A stretch of DNA of 64,000 nt from an uncultured Actinomycetota bacterium. GTDB lineage: Bacteria > Actinomycetota > Actinomycetes > JAHEKZ01. Below are positions 18,773 to 30,540 of the stretch, in pieces (the first letter of the stretch is position 1; each line of letters opens with the position of its first letter). Location of the stretch: NCBI GenBank assembly GCA_963829525.1, contig CAWHIJ010000003.1, positions 2,877,647-2,941,646 of the forward strand, written 5' to 3'. The notes under the pieces are model-generated. The model was not told the DNA's origin, searched no databases, and saw nothing but the letters and a program-made list of their open reading frames with translations. A program made the position numbers and the translations under genes.

Positions 18773-21700
18773 TCAGCCCAGCCTCGTCCGGCGGCGGCGC
18801 ACCATCGCCGCACCCATGAGCATCAAGGTGACCCCCCAAAGCGCAAGCCGGGTGACGTCGCCACCGGTGTGCGGCAGCTCTCCAGCCTGCGGCGCGGGAT
18901 CGGGAGCGTTCGGTTCGCGGGGGTCCTGCGGAGGTACTGACGAGCCGTTGACCTCAACCGACACTGTGGCCTCTGAGCAGTCTCCATCTGGATCGCAGAT
19001 CTGGTAGCTGAACTCGTCGGGACCGTCGTAGCCGTCGTCCGGTGTGTAGGTGACGCTGCCATCGGCACCCACCGTGACCGTTCCGTGGGGAGGCTGACTG
19101 ACGACCCCGACGGTTACGGGCTCACCGTCTACCTCGTCGTCATTGTCGACAACGGGAATGACTACTGGCTGACCGTCCTTGACGACGATCGCATCGTCGT
19201 TGGCCACCGGGGCGTCGTCGACCGGGTCGACAGTCACGGTGACGACCGCATCATCGCACCGGCCACCTGGGTCGCAGACCGTGTAGGTGAAGGTGGTCGT
19301 CCCACTCCAGTTTTCGTCTGGTGTGAAGACCAGTCGCCCACCCGCGCGCGCCGCCGTTCCGTGCTTTGGCTGGCTGAAGGTGTCGATGCTCAGCGAGTCG
19401 CCGTCCGGGTCGGTGTCGTTACCGCGCACGTTGATCGTCACCGGGGTGTCTTCTGGCGTCGTCGCTGCGTCGTCAACGGCGTCCGGGCGCCGGTTCGGGT
19501 CGCGCAGCCAGATGTCGAGGGCGACCGTGGCGGTGTCGCACTCTGCGGGAAGCCCGTCGTCGCAAACCTCGTACTGGAACGAGTCAGCTCCGTCGTAGCC
19601 AGGCTCAGCCGTGAAGTTGACAGATCCGTCGGCGTTCACCGCCACCGTGCCGTGCATGGGCTGCGTGAGGATGGTGACTGACGCCGGGTCGAGCGCACCG
19701 TCGCTGTCGCTGTCGTTGGCAAGGATGCCAATGGTGAGGGTGCGGCCCTCGCGCACCCGACCAGAGTCGTTGCGCGCTCGGGGCGGGTCGTTGACGGCAT
19801 TGACCGTCACCGTGACCTCAGCCGTCGTGCAGCTTCCGGCAACGTCGCACACGGTGTACGTGAAGGTGTCAGTTCCACTGAAGTCAGGGTCCGGTGTGTA
19901 ATCGATCGTCCCGTCTGGGTTGACCGTCACCGTCCCGTTAGAAGCAGGGCCGGCTGAGGAGACGGTCAGTACACCGCCGTCAGGGTCGGAGTCGTTGGTC
20001 AGCACGTCAATGGTGACCGGCCCGGAGTCCTCGTCCACCGTGGCAGCGTCGTCGACGGCGTCAGGTCCTTGGTTGGCCGAGACCGTGATGTCGACTGTTG
20101 CCGTGTCGCACTTGGTGGGCGTTCCGTCGTCGCACACCTCGTAGGTGAACGAGTCGTTGCCGACAAATCCGTCGTCAGCCACGTACGTGACGCTGCCATC
20201 GGGGTTCACGGTCACAGCCCCATTGCTCGGGCCAGACGTGATCGACACAGACGTGTCGTCAACGGCGCCATCTGGATCGGAGTCGTTCGCGAGGATGTCG
20301 ATGTCGATGTCGACTCCCCAGATGCCAGCAGCACTGTCATCGACCGCGTCCGGGGGGTCGTTGACGGCGTTGACGGTGATGTCGACGACGGCGGTGTCGC
20401 AGAGGCCGGCGTAGTCGCAGACCTCGTAGGTGAAGCTGTCCGTTCCGAAGAAGTCGGGGTCGGGGGTGTAGTCGATCGACCCGTCGGGGTTGACCGACGT
20501 GGAACCGTTCGACGGTCCGGAGGTGACACTGACCGAGGCGGGGTCGAGCCCGTCGTCGATGTCGGTGTCGTTGCCCAGGACGTCAACGGTGACCGACGAG
20601 TCTTCATCCACCGAGTCGACGTCGTTGACAGCGTTGGGACCATCATTGACGTCGCTGACGGTGACATCGACCGTTGCCGTGTCACAGTCACCGTCGACGT
20701 CGCACACCCGATACGTGAACGAGTCGGTTCCGAAGAAGTCGGGGTCGGGGGTGTAGTCGATCGACCCGTCGGGGTTCACCGACGTGGAACCGTTCGACGG
20801 TCCGGAAGTCACCGTCACCGAACTCGGATCGATCGCTCCCTCAATATCGGTGTCGTTTCCGAGGACGTCGATGGTGACGCTGCTGTCCTCGTTGACCAGC
20901 GCCGAGTCGTCGACGGCGTCGGGGCCGTCGTTGACGGCGTTGATGGTGATGTCGACGACGGCGGTGTCGCAGAGGCCGGCGAAGTCGCAGACCTCGTAGG
21001 TGAAGGAGTCAGTGCCGAAGAAGTTGGGGTCGGGGGTGTAGTCGATGCTGCCGTCGGGGTTGACCGAGGTCGACCCGTTGCTGGGCGCACCGGTCACGGT
21101 CACGCGGGCGGGGTCGAGGCCGTCGTCGATGTCGGTCGTCGTTGCCCAGCACGTCGACTGTGACGGACGAGTCCTCGTTCACCGAGTCGGAGTCATCGAC
21201 GGCGACCGGTCCGTCGTTGACAGGAGTGACCGTGATGTCGACGACGGCGGTGTCACAGAGGCCGGCAAGGTCACAGACCTCGTAGGTGAAGCTGTCGGTG
21301 CCGAAGAAGTCCGGGTCAGGGGTGTAGTCGATGCTGCCGTCCGGGTTGACCGACGTCGACCCGTTGCGGGCCGGACCGGTCACGGTCACGCTGGCGGGGT
21401 CGAGGCCGTCGTCGATGTCGGTGTCGTTGCCCAGCACATCGACCGTGACCGACGCGTCCTCATTGACAGTGTCGGAGTCGTCCACAGCGTTCGGGCCGTC
21501 GTTGACCGAGTTGACCGTGATGTTGACCGTCGCGGTGTCACAGCCCGGGCCCACGGGAAGTGGGGTGGTGTCGCAGACCTCGTAGGTGAAGCTGTCGGTG
21601 CCGTAGAAGTCGGGGTCAGGCGTGTAGTCGATGCTGCCGTCGGGGTTGACCGAGGTCGACCCGTTCGACGGACCGGAGGTCACCGTGACGCTCCCCGGAT

Positions 21701-24182
21701 CGATGTCTCCCTCGGGGTCGGTGTCGTTGCCGAGGACGTCCACTGTGACCGAGGAGTCCTCGTTCACCGAGTCGGAGTCGTCGACAGCGACCGGGGGCTC
21801 AGGCAGGTTGCTGACCGTGATGTAGACCGTGGCGCTGGCGCACACCAAGCTTGGGTCACAGACCTGATAGGTGAACGAGTCAGACCCAATGAATCCGAAA
21901 TCGGGGGTGTAGTGAACCGTGCCATCGGGGTTCACCGACGCCGAGCCGTTGCCCGGGGTCGAGGTCAGCACCGTGGTCAGCGAATCACCGTCGACGTCGT
22001 CGTCGTTGACCTGAACATCGATGTCCGTCGGGGTGTCCTGGTCGACGTTCGCGAAGTCGTCGCCAGCGCTCGGGCCATCGTTGACCGCATTCACGGTGAC
22101 AACAACGACGGCGGTGTCGCACAAGCCAGCGAAGTCACACACCTCGTAGGTGAAGCTGTCAGTGCCGAAGAAGTCCGCGTCCGGGGTGTAGTCGATGCTC
22201 CCGTCGGGATTCACCGACGTCGACCCGTTGCTGGGTGCACCGGTCACGGTCACGCTGGCGGGGTCGAGGCCGTCATCGACGTCAGAGTCGTTACCGAGGA
22301 CATCAACCGTGACCGACGAGTCCTCGTTGACGGAGTCGACGTCGTCGACCGCGGCAGGGCCGTCGTTGACGGACGTAACCGTGACCGTCACCGTTGCGGT
22401 GTCAGTGCCACCATTGCCATCAGAGATCGAGTACGTGAACGAGTCAGACCCGAAGAAGTTCGCATTCGGCGTATAGGTGACTGACGTTCCGGTGAACGAC
22501 ACCGACCCATTCGACGCCGACCCCACACCCGTCACCGTCAACGAGTTCCCCTCAGGATCGGTGTCATTACCCCGCGGATCAAACGTCAACGACGCATCCT
22601 CATTGATCGTCCGCGAATCATCGACCGCGTCCGGAGGGTCGTTGACCGACGTAACCGTGACCGTCACCGTTGCGGTGTCAGTGCCACCATTGCCATCAGA
22701 GATCGAGTACGTGAACGAGTCAGACCCGAAGAAGTCCGCATTCGGCGTATAGGTGACTGACGTTCCGGTGAACGACACCGACCCATTCGACGCCGACCCC
22801 ACACCCGTCACCGTCAACGAGTTCCCCTCAGGATCGGTGTCATTACCCCGCGGATCAAACGTCAACGACGCATCCTCATTGATCGTCCGCGAATCGTTGA
22901 CAGCGTCCGGAGGGTCGTTGACGGCGTTGACGGTCACGTTGACCGTCGCGGTGTCGCAGAGCGGAACCGGAGCGGTCGAGTCGCATACCGTGTAGGTGAA
23001 GCTGTCGCTACCGTTGAAATTCGCGTTCGGCGTGTACCGCACCTGACCACCGACAACGCTTGCTGTTCCGTTTGACGGTTGGGAGGCCACCGACAGCGAG
23101 GAGGCGTTCAAGTTTCCATTGACGTCTGAGTCATTCGTCAGCACGTTGACGTCCACACTGGTGTCTTCGTTGGTCGTCGCGCTGTCGTCAACTGCATCAG
23201 GCGCAGTGGGGCCGTAGATGGAGGTAAGCGAAATCAGGTTCGGTTCCGAACCACCGTCATCGTTGTAGTGGTACGACGATCCGGAGTAGTCGTAGATCAT
23301 TCCCGACACGTTCTGCGAGCCTGTGGCCAGCACCTTGAAGGTGATTGCCAGCGTCATGCCGACACCACCGACCTTGCCACCGGTATAGCCCACCGGCCCG
23401 ACACAGCTGCGGTAGGTGCCGCTGGTCCTGTCGTTGTTCCAGCCGCAGCCATCGGCGTACATCTGCGTGTTGGTGCCACCTGACGGTGTTGGGTAGCTAG
23501 CTGTGAATGACTCGACCTGGAACATCGAGTTGTTGAAGTAGAACGCCGTCACCAGCTGCTCGTAACCGCCTGGCGCCGTCTTGGCGACGATGTTCACCGT
23601 GCAGGTCGATCCCACGTATACGGTCTCTGTCGCTGCGATACACCCAGCGGCCGGGTCGTTCACAAGGCTCAGAGCGGTGACCGCGTTGCGGTTCTGCGAC
23701 ACGAGCTTCTCGACGTAGATCTCGCGGTTCGCCGGCGTCGACACTGCAGCGACGGAGTCGCCGGTTGCTGTCACCTGAAACTGCCGCGCGGTGTTGTAGG
23801 CGGACGCGTTTCGGGTGACCTGGACGTTGAAGTAGTAGTCACGGCAGGCGCCCGCACCCAGAGATGCGGTGCTGAAGGTCGTGGTGTTCGTGAGGTTGAC
23901 GTAGGTGTTGGCGCTCAACCAGTTCCAGTTGACCGCAACATTGGTTACCGGATTCGTCCCGGTGTTGCAGACCCGCCCACCGATCGGGAACACGTTCGGT
24001 CCCGCGGTCACGTTGTTGGAGTCCAGGCCGATCACGTTCCAGCCGAGCGGCGTGATCGTCAGAGGCCCCGGGGCGGCTGACGCCGTCAAGGGTTGGCCGA
24101 TCAAGACGGCGGCGGCGACCGCCACAGTTGCCAGTGCCTTGCCGGCAATCCCGCTTCCCCACGCACGCATGAACACACCCAT
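18773..24182 (-). CDS. Large sortase-anchored adhesin, 15 Ig-like/cadherin-like (~95-aa) repeats; one frameshift near 21138
   Basis: Signal peptide; ~300-aa N-terminal domain; repeats of PxAVDD...EDxxVTVDVLGND...YTPxxxFxGTDSFTYxVCD; C-terminal LPHTG + TM + RRRR. The two ORFs join if one extra G is removed. Confidence 0.9.
22363..22920. repeat. Near-identical 276-bp tandem duplication inside the adhesin
   Basis: e.g. GACCGTCACCGTTGCGGTGTCAGTGCCACC at 22383 and 22659. Confidence 0.92.
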
Positions 24183-24396
24183 CAGTCATAGCGGGGGCAC
24201 CCCCGCTCAACTGATCCCTTCGGGTGAAAGGCGGTAACGCTTGACGCTGTTCTTCAAGAGATGCCCGTTTTGCCCGTGTTTTTCCGCCTTTATGGGTCAG
24301 AAGGACTACCCCGTTCAGGCAGGATGTCCGGCTTCAGGGGTTGCACCCGCCGACCAACGCCGCCCCTCGGCGGCCTCGCCTGCCGTGCCCGACCGG

Positions 24397-25411
24397 TCAA
24401 CCGATGAGCGGACGGATCCGCCCGACGGGCTGGCCGTGGCCGAGCACCGGCAGCAGACCCCACTGCTCAAACGCTGCCACGTCGGCGTCCGGCTCAGACG
24501 CCGCGCCGAGCGCCCGGAGGGCCGCGACGAGCACCACCTGTGCGGCCCGGAAACCCCCGTCGGCGATCTTGAGAGCAACCGCACGACCATCGGGAAGAGC
24601 GGCGACGTAGACGGCCTCAGCACCGTCCTTGACCAACAGCCCCGGAACCGCACGCATCAAGCCAGTGACCTCCGATTGCTCGCCGCCGACGAACTGCGGG
24701 TGAGCGCGCATCGCGTCAGCCACGGCGGCCAGCGCCGTTGGCTGCTCCGAAGCGCCGGCGGGAAGGTAGTCGGCATAACTGCCTGGACGTGACGGCGTGC
24801 CGATACACGCGCGCCAGTGCCACCAGTGGCAACGCCCAGGCCGGAGCCCCGCAACCGTCGGTGGCGACATGAGCAACGGGCTCCCCGATCGACGTCTCGA
24901 CGTGTTCGCGAAGCGTCACCTGCAGGGGGTGCTCCGGTTCGAGGTACGTCGCGGTGTCCCAGTTGCGCAGCACGCAGGTCGCGAGCATTGCCGCGTGCTT
25001 CCCCGAACACCCGTGGTAGATCGGTCGGGCCATCCCGTCGCCGCGTACGACGTCGCGGCGCGCGACGGAATCCTCGGGCAAGGAGGGAGTGGTCTGCAGC
25101 GCAGACTCGTCGAGTCCAGCGGAGGCGAGCACCGCTCGCACCGCGTCAACATGTTTCGGCTCCCCCCAGTGCGACGCTGCCGACAGCGCTAGCTGCTCAC
25201 CCTCGAGCTCAAGACCGAGAGAGCGCATCCCAGCAGCCTGCATGAGCTTGTTGGCGCTGCGCGGGTGCATCGGCGCAGCAACGTCCCCGTACGCCAAGGC
25301 GACCTCACCGGTGGCATTGAGGGCGATCAGACGACCGAAGTGGAGACCCTCGTCGAACCCGTTCCGCTCAACGGCTGCTAAAGGTACGTAGCCGGTGGAT
25401 GTGTCAGTCAC
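24397..25411 (-). CDS. Rhizobium-type asparaginase (Asparaginase_II); frameshift near 24795
   Basis: PRSANKLMQA; ASHWGE; HGCSGKHAAML; DGCGAP; KDGAEAVY; ALKIADGG split over two frames. Confidence 0.88.
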
Positions 25412-25469
25412 GGCGTCAACCTGGTGTGCACTCGACGCGTCACGGCGTCAACTCGGTGTGCACTCGGCG
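25407..25469. repeat. 32-bp tandem repeat x2 covering the asparaginase start
   Basis: GTCACGGCGTCAAC(CT/TC)GGTGTGCACTCG at 25407 and 25439. Confidence 0.85.
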
Positions 25470-25481
25470 GGCCTGACGGGG

Positions 25482-26072
25482 TCAGCGGCCGGCCAGCAGG
25501 TCGTCGACGGTGGCTTCGCCCGACTGGTAGCGGCGGGCGATCTCGGCGGTACACGCGTCCATCACCTCTTGGACGCGCCGCCGGTTGCGCGACACTGCGG
25601 ACTCGTAGCTGGTCAGGCGCGTCAGCGACTCTGCGAGCTCTTCATCGGTCCGGTTGACGACGTCGGAGACGCCGACATCGGAAACCAGCTGCTCGACCGA
25701 GCGCCGGTGATCGGCGACGCGCGACGGCTCGACGGTGGTGTGCCGCCCCATCCCGTGCGGCTGCCCAGCGGGACCATCGGCAAGGATGCCGGCGAGCTGG
25801 TCAACGAGCGACCCACGCTCGTCACCGGTGCGCCGGCTCAGCTCGGCGCGGACGATGTCGATGCGCCCCTGCAGCAGTCGGCGGACGTAGGAGAGGTCGG
25901 CCTCCTCCTGCTCGGCCTCATGGCGACGGGCGCGCACGTCAGCCAGTGCCACGGTTCCGAGGTCGACGAGGAACCCCTCATCGAGCACATGGTCGATCCG
26001 GCGGCGTCCACCTGGCATCGGGTCGATACCGGCGACCTCTGGCGCGTCGGTAGAGCGGGATTCGCTGCTCAT
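25482..26072 (-). CDS. rsiG: RsiG/AmfC c-di-GMP-binding anti-sigma factor (twin motif)
   Basis: Two E-x3-S-x2-R-x3-Q-x3-D motifs (EADLSYVRRLLQGRID; ESAVSRNRRRVQEVMD); EIARRY...VDDLL end; asparaginase and dtd neighbours. Confidence 0.9.
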   Translation of the reverse strand: MSSESRSTDAPEVAGIDPMPGGRRRIDHVLDEGFLVDLGTVALADVRARRHEAEQEEADLSYVRRLLQGRIDIVRAELSRRTGDERGSLVDQLAGILADGPAGQPHGMGRHTTVEPSRVADHRRSVEQLVSDVGVSDVVNRTDEELAESLTRLTSYESAVSRNRRRVQEVMDACTAEIARRYQSGEATVDDLLAGR

Positions 26073-26913
26073 GCGGGAACTCCTCGGCGATCCTTGACCT
26101 TCAGCAGGCTACGGGCGTCGTCCGGCGTCATCGGCGGACGTTGGAAGAGTGTCGCAGCCTCGGCTGCTCGCTCGACAAGCTGGGCGTTGTCGCGCACCGG
26201 AACGCCCCTGGCCCAGGTCACGACGTCCTCCATACCGACCCGCAGGTGGCCGCCAGCGGACAGTGCGGCGAACATCACCGGCATCGTCGTCCGTCCGACG
26301 CCGGTGGCCGACCACGACGCCCCCGCGGGCAGCGCGTCGACCGCCGCCACCAGCGGCGGCCGCGGTGCCAGGCATCCCTCCGGGGACGCCCATCACCAGG
26401 TCGCAGTGCACCTGGCCGCCGTATGGGGCACCGAACTTGTCGAGCAGCCGGTTGAGCGCGGTGACGTGGCCGAGGTCGAAGAGCTCGAACTCCGGGACGA
26501 TCTGCCGCTCCTGCGTCAGCTGGTACAGCTCGACCATGAACGGCCAGCTGTTCATGAAGACCTCGTCGCCGAAGTTCACCGTGCCGCAGGTCAGCGAGCA
26601 CGAGTCGGGCTCGGCGTCCAGCACCCGAAGCCGCGGCTGGTAGCCGTCGTGCACCGATCCGCCGGTCGAGAGCTGGACGATCGAGGTTGCTGGAAGCCCG
26701 GACGGCGGCGACCGTGTCCTTCAGCCGGCCCAGGTCGAGCGTCGGCTGCGCGTCGTCGTCGCGGATGTGGATGTGGATCATCGCCGCGCCGGCGGCCTCG
26801 CAGGCCTGGGCGGTGGCGACGAGCTCGTCGATGGTGACGGGCAGCGCTGGAACGTCGGCCTTGCTCGACTCCGCCCCGGTGGGGGCGACGGTGATCAGGT
26901 GTGTGTGGGCCAT
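26069..26913 (-). CDS. Beta-keto acid cleavage enzyme (BKACE/Kce family); frameshifts near 26690 and 26360
   Basis: LITVAPTGAE...GAAMIHIHIRD; SLTCGTVNFG; PEFELFDLGH; GGHLRVGMED. Confidence 0.88.
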
Positions 26914-26989
26914 GCGGGCGATCCTGCCACGACGCCGTCGATTCGGGGCACCGTAGGGCTGATCCAGTGAATCTGGCGCCCCCTCAGCG

Positions 26990-27018
26990 CTCAGGCGGCG
27001 GCCCCGACATGCCGAAGA
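26990..27018 (+). promoter_or_regulatory. Sigma-28 (WhiG/FliA)-type promoter
   Basis: CTCA-N17-GCCGAAGA about 130 bp upstream of the PATAN/MshEN gene; fits the actinobacterial FliA-type CTCA-N15-17-GCCGAA pattern. Confidence 0.65.
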
Positions 27019-27149
27019 AACAGGTGTCGAGCCCTCGCCTCACGGTGGCTCGGCCTTGTGGCGATCGGCTGAGGCCACATGTCGTGTCGTGCCGGCCGCT
27101 GGCCTGCTCAATGGGAGGGGGTCTGACACCGTTGTCTTCAGCGCAGGTC

Positions 27150-29990
27150 ATGACGTCCACCGTTGAGCCCGTACTCATCGAGCTGGGCGAGTCCGGGGCA
27201 TCCGGCTGCCTCACGGTCACCGACCCCGCGGGCGAGCAGGCCGAGGTCTACTTCAAGGACGGCTCGGTCTACTCCGTCTTCGTCCCCGGCCGCCGGCGCG
27301 CAGCTCGGCGCCCGGCTGATCGCGTCCGGCGACCTGTCCCCCGAAGCGCTCACCTCCGCGCTCGACGTCCAGACCAACGAGCTGCAGGGCTGGCGGCTCG
27401 GCGAGCTGCTGGTCCACCTCGGCTACGTCGAGCGTGCGGTGGTCGAGGCTTTCGTCGTCGAGCAGCTGCGTGACGCCATGGCCGCCCTGCTGGAGTGGCC
27501 GGTCGCCGCCCACAAGTTCCGCAAGACCAAGAAGACCAGGCAGGACGTCGCGCCGCCGATGACGGTGCGTGAGCTGCTCTCCGAGGTCGAGATGCGTCGT
27601 CACCGCTGGAGCTGAGCTGGTCGAGTCGATCGGCGGCGAGCGCGGTATCCCGATGCTGTCGGCGCGTCCGGACGGGGCCGCGGACGTCGTCCTGTCCAGC
27701 GCCGACTGGGCGCTGCTGTGCAAGGTCGACGGCAACCGCGACATCGCCGACCTCGCCGCCGAGTGCGGCTTCACCGTCTTCGAGGCGGCCCACGTCGTGC
27801 GTGCCCTGATGGACGGCGGACTCATCGACGTCGAGCTGCCCGACGACGAGCCGCGTTGCGTCCGTCACCTCGCTGGAGGACGCCCGCGGCAAGCGCCCGG
27901 CGTTCGAGCCAGCCCCAGACCCAGCCGGCGACGAGCTCGCCGGCGCCGTCAAGAAGGTCACCGCAGCCCTCGGCGACCTGTTCAAGACCGTCACGCCCCC
28001 GGGTGTCGGAACTTCGCTCGCGGACGCCGCGGCAGCTCTTGAGGCTGCCGAGCGACGAGCTGGTAGCCGCAGCACCGCCCGTCGACGACGACGCGCTGGC
28101 CGCTGAGCGCCGAGCTCCGCGAGGCCGAGGAGCGGCTCGCCGCCGAGGTCGAGGCCTGGCTGGAGCACGAGGCGTGGCTCACCGAGCAGGCGCGCGGCCG
28201 TCGAGGCGGACGCGTGGGCGGCGCACGCCGCATGGCTCGATGAGCAGCGGGTGGCGACCGAAGCCGAGGCGTGGCTGTCGCACTACCAGTGGCTGGAGGA
28301 CGAGCGCCGCCGTTGCGAGAAGACCGCCTGGGGCGAGCATCAGGCGTGGCTGGCCGAGCGCCAGGCTGCCGAGGCGACCCGCCTTGAGGCCGAGCGCAAG
28401 GCGATGGAGCACAAGGCCTGGAAAGACCACAGGCACTGGTTGAGCGCAGAGCGCAAGCGCGTCGAAGCTGACGCCTGGACCGACCACCAGACCTGGATGG
28501 ACGCCGACCGCGTCCGCGTCGAAGCCGAGGCCTGGGACGCCCACGCACTCTGGTTGGACGACTCGGCCCGCAAGCTGGCCGAGCGGCTCGAGCTTGAGCG
28601 CAAGGCGGTCGAGAACAAGGCATGGAAGGATCACAAGGCCTGGCTGACCGCAGAGCGCAAGCGAGTCGAAACCGACGCCTGGATCGACCACCAGACCTGG
28701 ATGGACGCCGACCGCGTCCGCGTCGAAGCCAAGGCGTGGGAAGCACACGTCAAGGTTCTCGAAGCTGAGCGTCGCTCCGTCGAGGGCGAGGCATGGGCCG
28801 CGCACACCGAGGTGCTGGACGCCGAGCGCTGCGAGGTCGAGGAGGAGGCCTGGCTCGTCCACGGCAAGTACCTCGAGTGGCACCGGAACGCGAACGAGGC
28901 TGCCGCGTGGTCCGACCACATCGTGTGGCTGGAAGGCGAGCGCGTTCGCGTCGAAGCCGAGGCGTGGGAGGCACATGCGGTCGTCGTGGCCGAAGAGGAG
29001 CGCCAGCGCGCGGATGCAGAGGCCGAGCGCCAGCGTGCAGAGGCGGAGGCTGCGCGCCTTGCCGAGCAGGCAGCCGAGCAAGACCGGCTCGAACAGGAGG
29101 CGCGCGAAGAGCAAGAGCGTCGCCGGCGCCGGCAGGAAGAAGCTGACCGCGCCGAGGCGGAGAAGGCCGCACGCCGGGAGGCCGAAGCCGCTGCCAAGCG
29201 CGAAGCCGAGGAAGCAGCCGCTGCAGAAGCCGAACGCCTCGAAGCCGAACGCCGCGAGGCCGAAGCCGCCGCCCAACGCGAAGCCGAGGAAGCAGCCGCT
29301 GCAGAAGCCGAACGCCTCGAAGCCGAACGCCGCGAGGCCGAAGCCGCCGCCCAACGCGAGGCCGAGGAAGCAGCCGCTGCTGCTGAGGCCGCACGTCTTG
29401 AAGCCGAACGAGAAGCAGCCGCCGCAGAGGCCGCGCGCCTTGAAGCCGAAGCGGCAGAACGCGCACGCCTCCAGGCCGAACGAGAGGCCGCCGCGGCAGA
29501 ACGCGCACGCCTCCAAGCCGAACAAGAGGCCGCCGCTGCAGAAGCGGCACGCCTCGAGGCTGAACGCCTCGAAGCCGCCGCCGAAGCCAAGCGCGCAGCC
29601 GAACGAGAGGCCGCCCGCAAGGCCGCGGAAGACGCCACCCAGGCTGCCGTTGCCGCTGCCGCTGCCGCCGAGCGTGAGCGGATGGTCGCTGAGCTGGCCG
29701 CCGCGGAGACGCCAAGCGTCGCGGAGTCTTTCGCCGACCTCGGCAACGACCCGGCCCCCTCTCCGGAGCCGATCGAGACCACCGAGGTCGTCGAGGTGTT
29801 CGAGCGTGAACCTGCGCCGAACCCTGGCCCGTCGGTCGATACCGCCGCACTCCTGCGCGAGCTCGCTAGCCTCGGCGGGTTCGGCGACAACCTGGGCGAC
29901 GCCCCGTCCACTGTCTCTTCCCCGGTAACGTCAAGCCCGGTTACCAAGGACACGGAAAAGAAGAAGAAGAAGGGCCTCTTCGGCCGGTAG
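27150..29990 (+). CDS. PATAN/DUF4388 + tandem MshEN-like motif protein with Trp/His helical repeats and long coiled coil; several frameshifts at 27295-28200
   Basis: SGCLTVTD...VYFKDGSVY; [13 protein letters not shown] and [13 protein letters not shown]; [39 protein letters not shown]; 14 AWxxHxxWL repeats; EAAR coil; [12 protein letters not shown]; KKKKGLFGR*. Confidence 0.75.
28145..28985 (+). repeat. 14 x 19-aa coding repeat E-x2-A-W-x2-H-x2-(W/V/Y)-L, with a 204-bp super-repeat
   Basis: e.g. [38 protein letters not shown]; DNA at 28441 and 28645 is near-identical. Confidence 0.9.
29175..29410 (+). repeat. 78-bp (26-aa) coding tandem repeat in the Glu/Ala/Arg coil
   Basis: GA(A/G)GCCGAGGAAGCAGCCG at 29202, 29280 and 29358. 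Confidence 0.85.
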
Positions 29991-30002
29991 CGAGAAAGGC
30001 GT

Positions 30003-30402
30003 CTACACGGCCCCCATGCGCCCCCAAGTTCGTCCGTGGGCCATTCGACCCGGGCCAGACCGGTGAACGTGTCGATACCGTCGACTATGACCAAGAGTGG
30101 CATGCAGTTCCTCGGTATCGCTCCTTCTTGCTGCTGCGGGGTTGCGGTCGAGGTGACGTTCGATGCCCTCGGCGACTCCGAGGCGCACCGCATCGACCAG
30201 GCGGTCGAGCAGTCGGACGGTGCAGCCCTTCGGCGGTCCCAGACGGTGACCAGCCTTGATCGTCAGGGTGATCGGTGTGCACGTCGGACACCAGGCCCGT
30301 CATCGAGGTGGTGAATCGGTCGTGTTGTCCGAGCTCCCACGACGCCGCGAGGGTTTCCCTGGTCAGGGCCTTCGTCTTGTTCAAGATGGCTTCCACCGAC
30401 AA
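30003..30402 (-). CDS. Possible small hypothetical protein, frameshifted
   Basis: AGGAG RBS then TTG (LSVEAILNKTKALTRETLAASWELG...); the reading frame breaks; no family recognised. Confidence 0.3.
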
Positions 30403-30540
30403 GACTTCCCGAGGTCTCCTCAGCCCGCCATCCTGACCCGCTCGGGGCCGAGGCCTCCGCCAAGGAGGCCGACGCCACTCCCGACAACGAGGGACCCGCA
30501 TAGCGCCAGCACTCGGCAGGGACCCTGGTCATAAGCCGCT

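Noticed and set aside
24183-24396. Sigma-28 promoter for the adhesin
   Set aside because: TAAA is present on the minus strand, but there is no GCCGA at the required spacing.
28179-30193. Long antisense ORFs (448, 520 and 366 aa)
   Set aside because: Shadow frames of the repetitive GC-rich coiled-coil gene, giving low-complexity translations.
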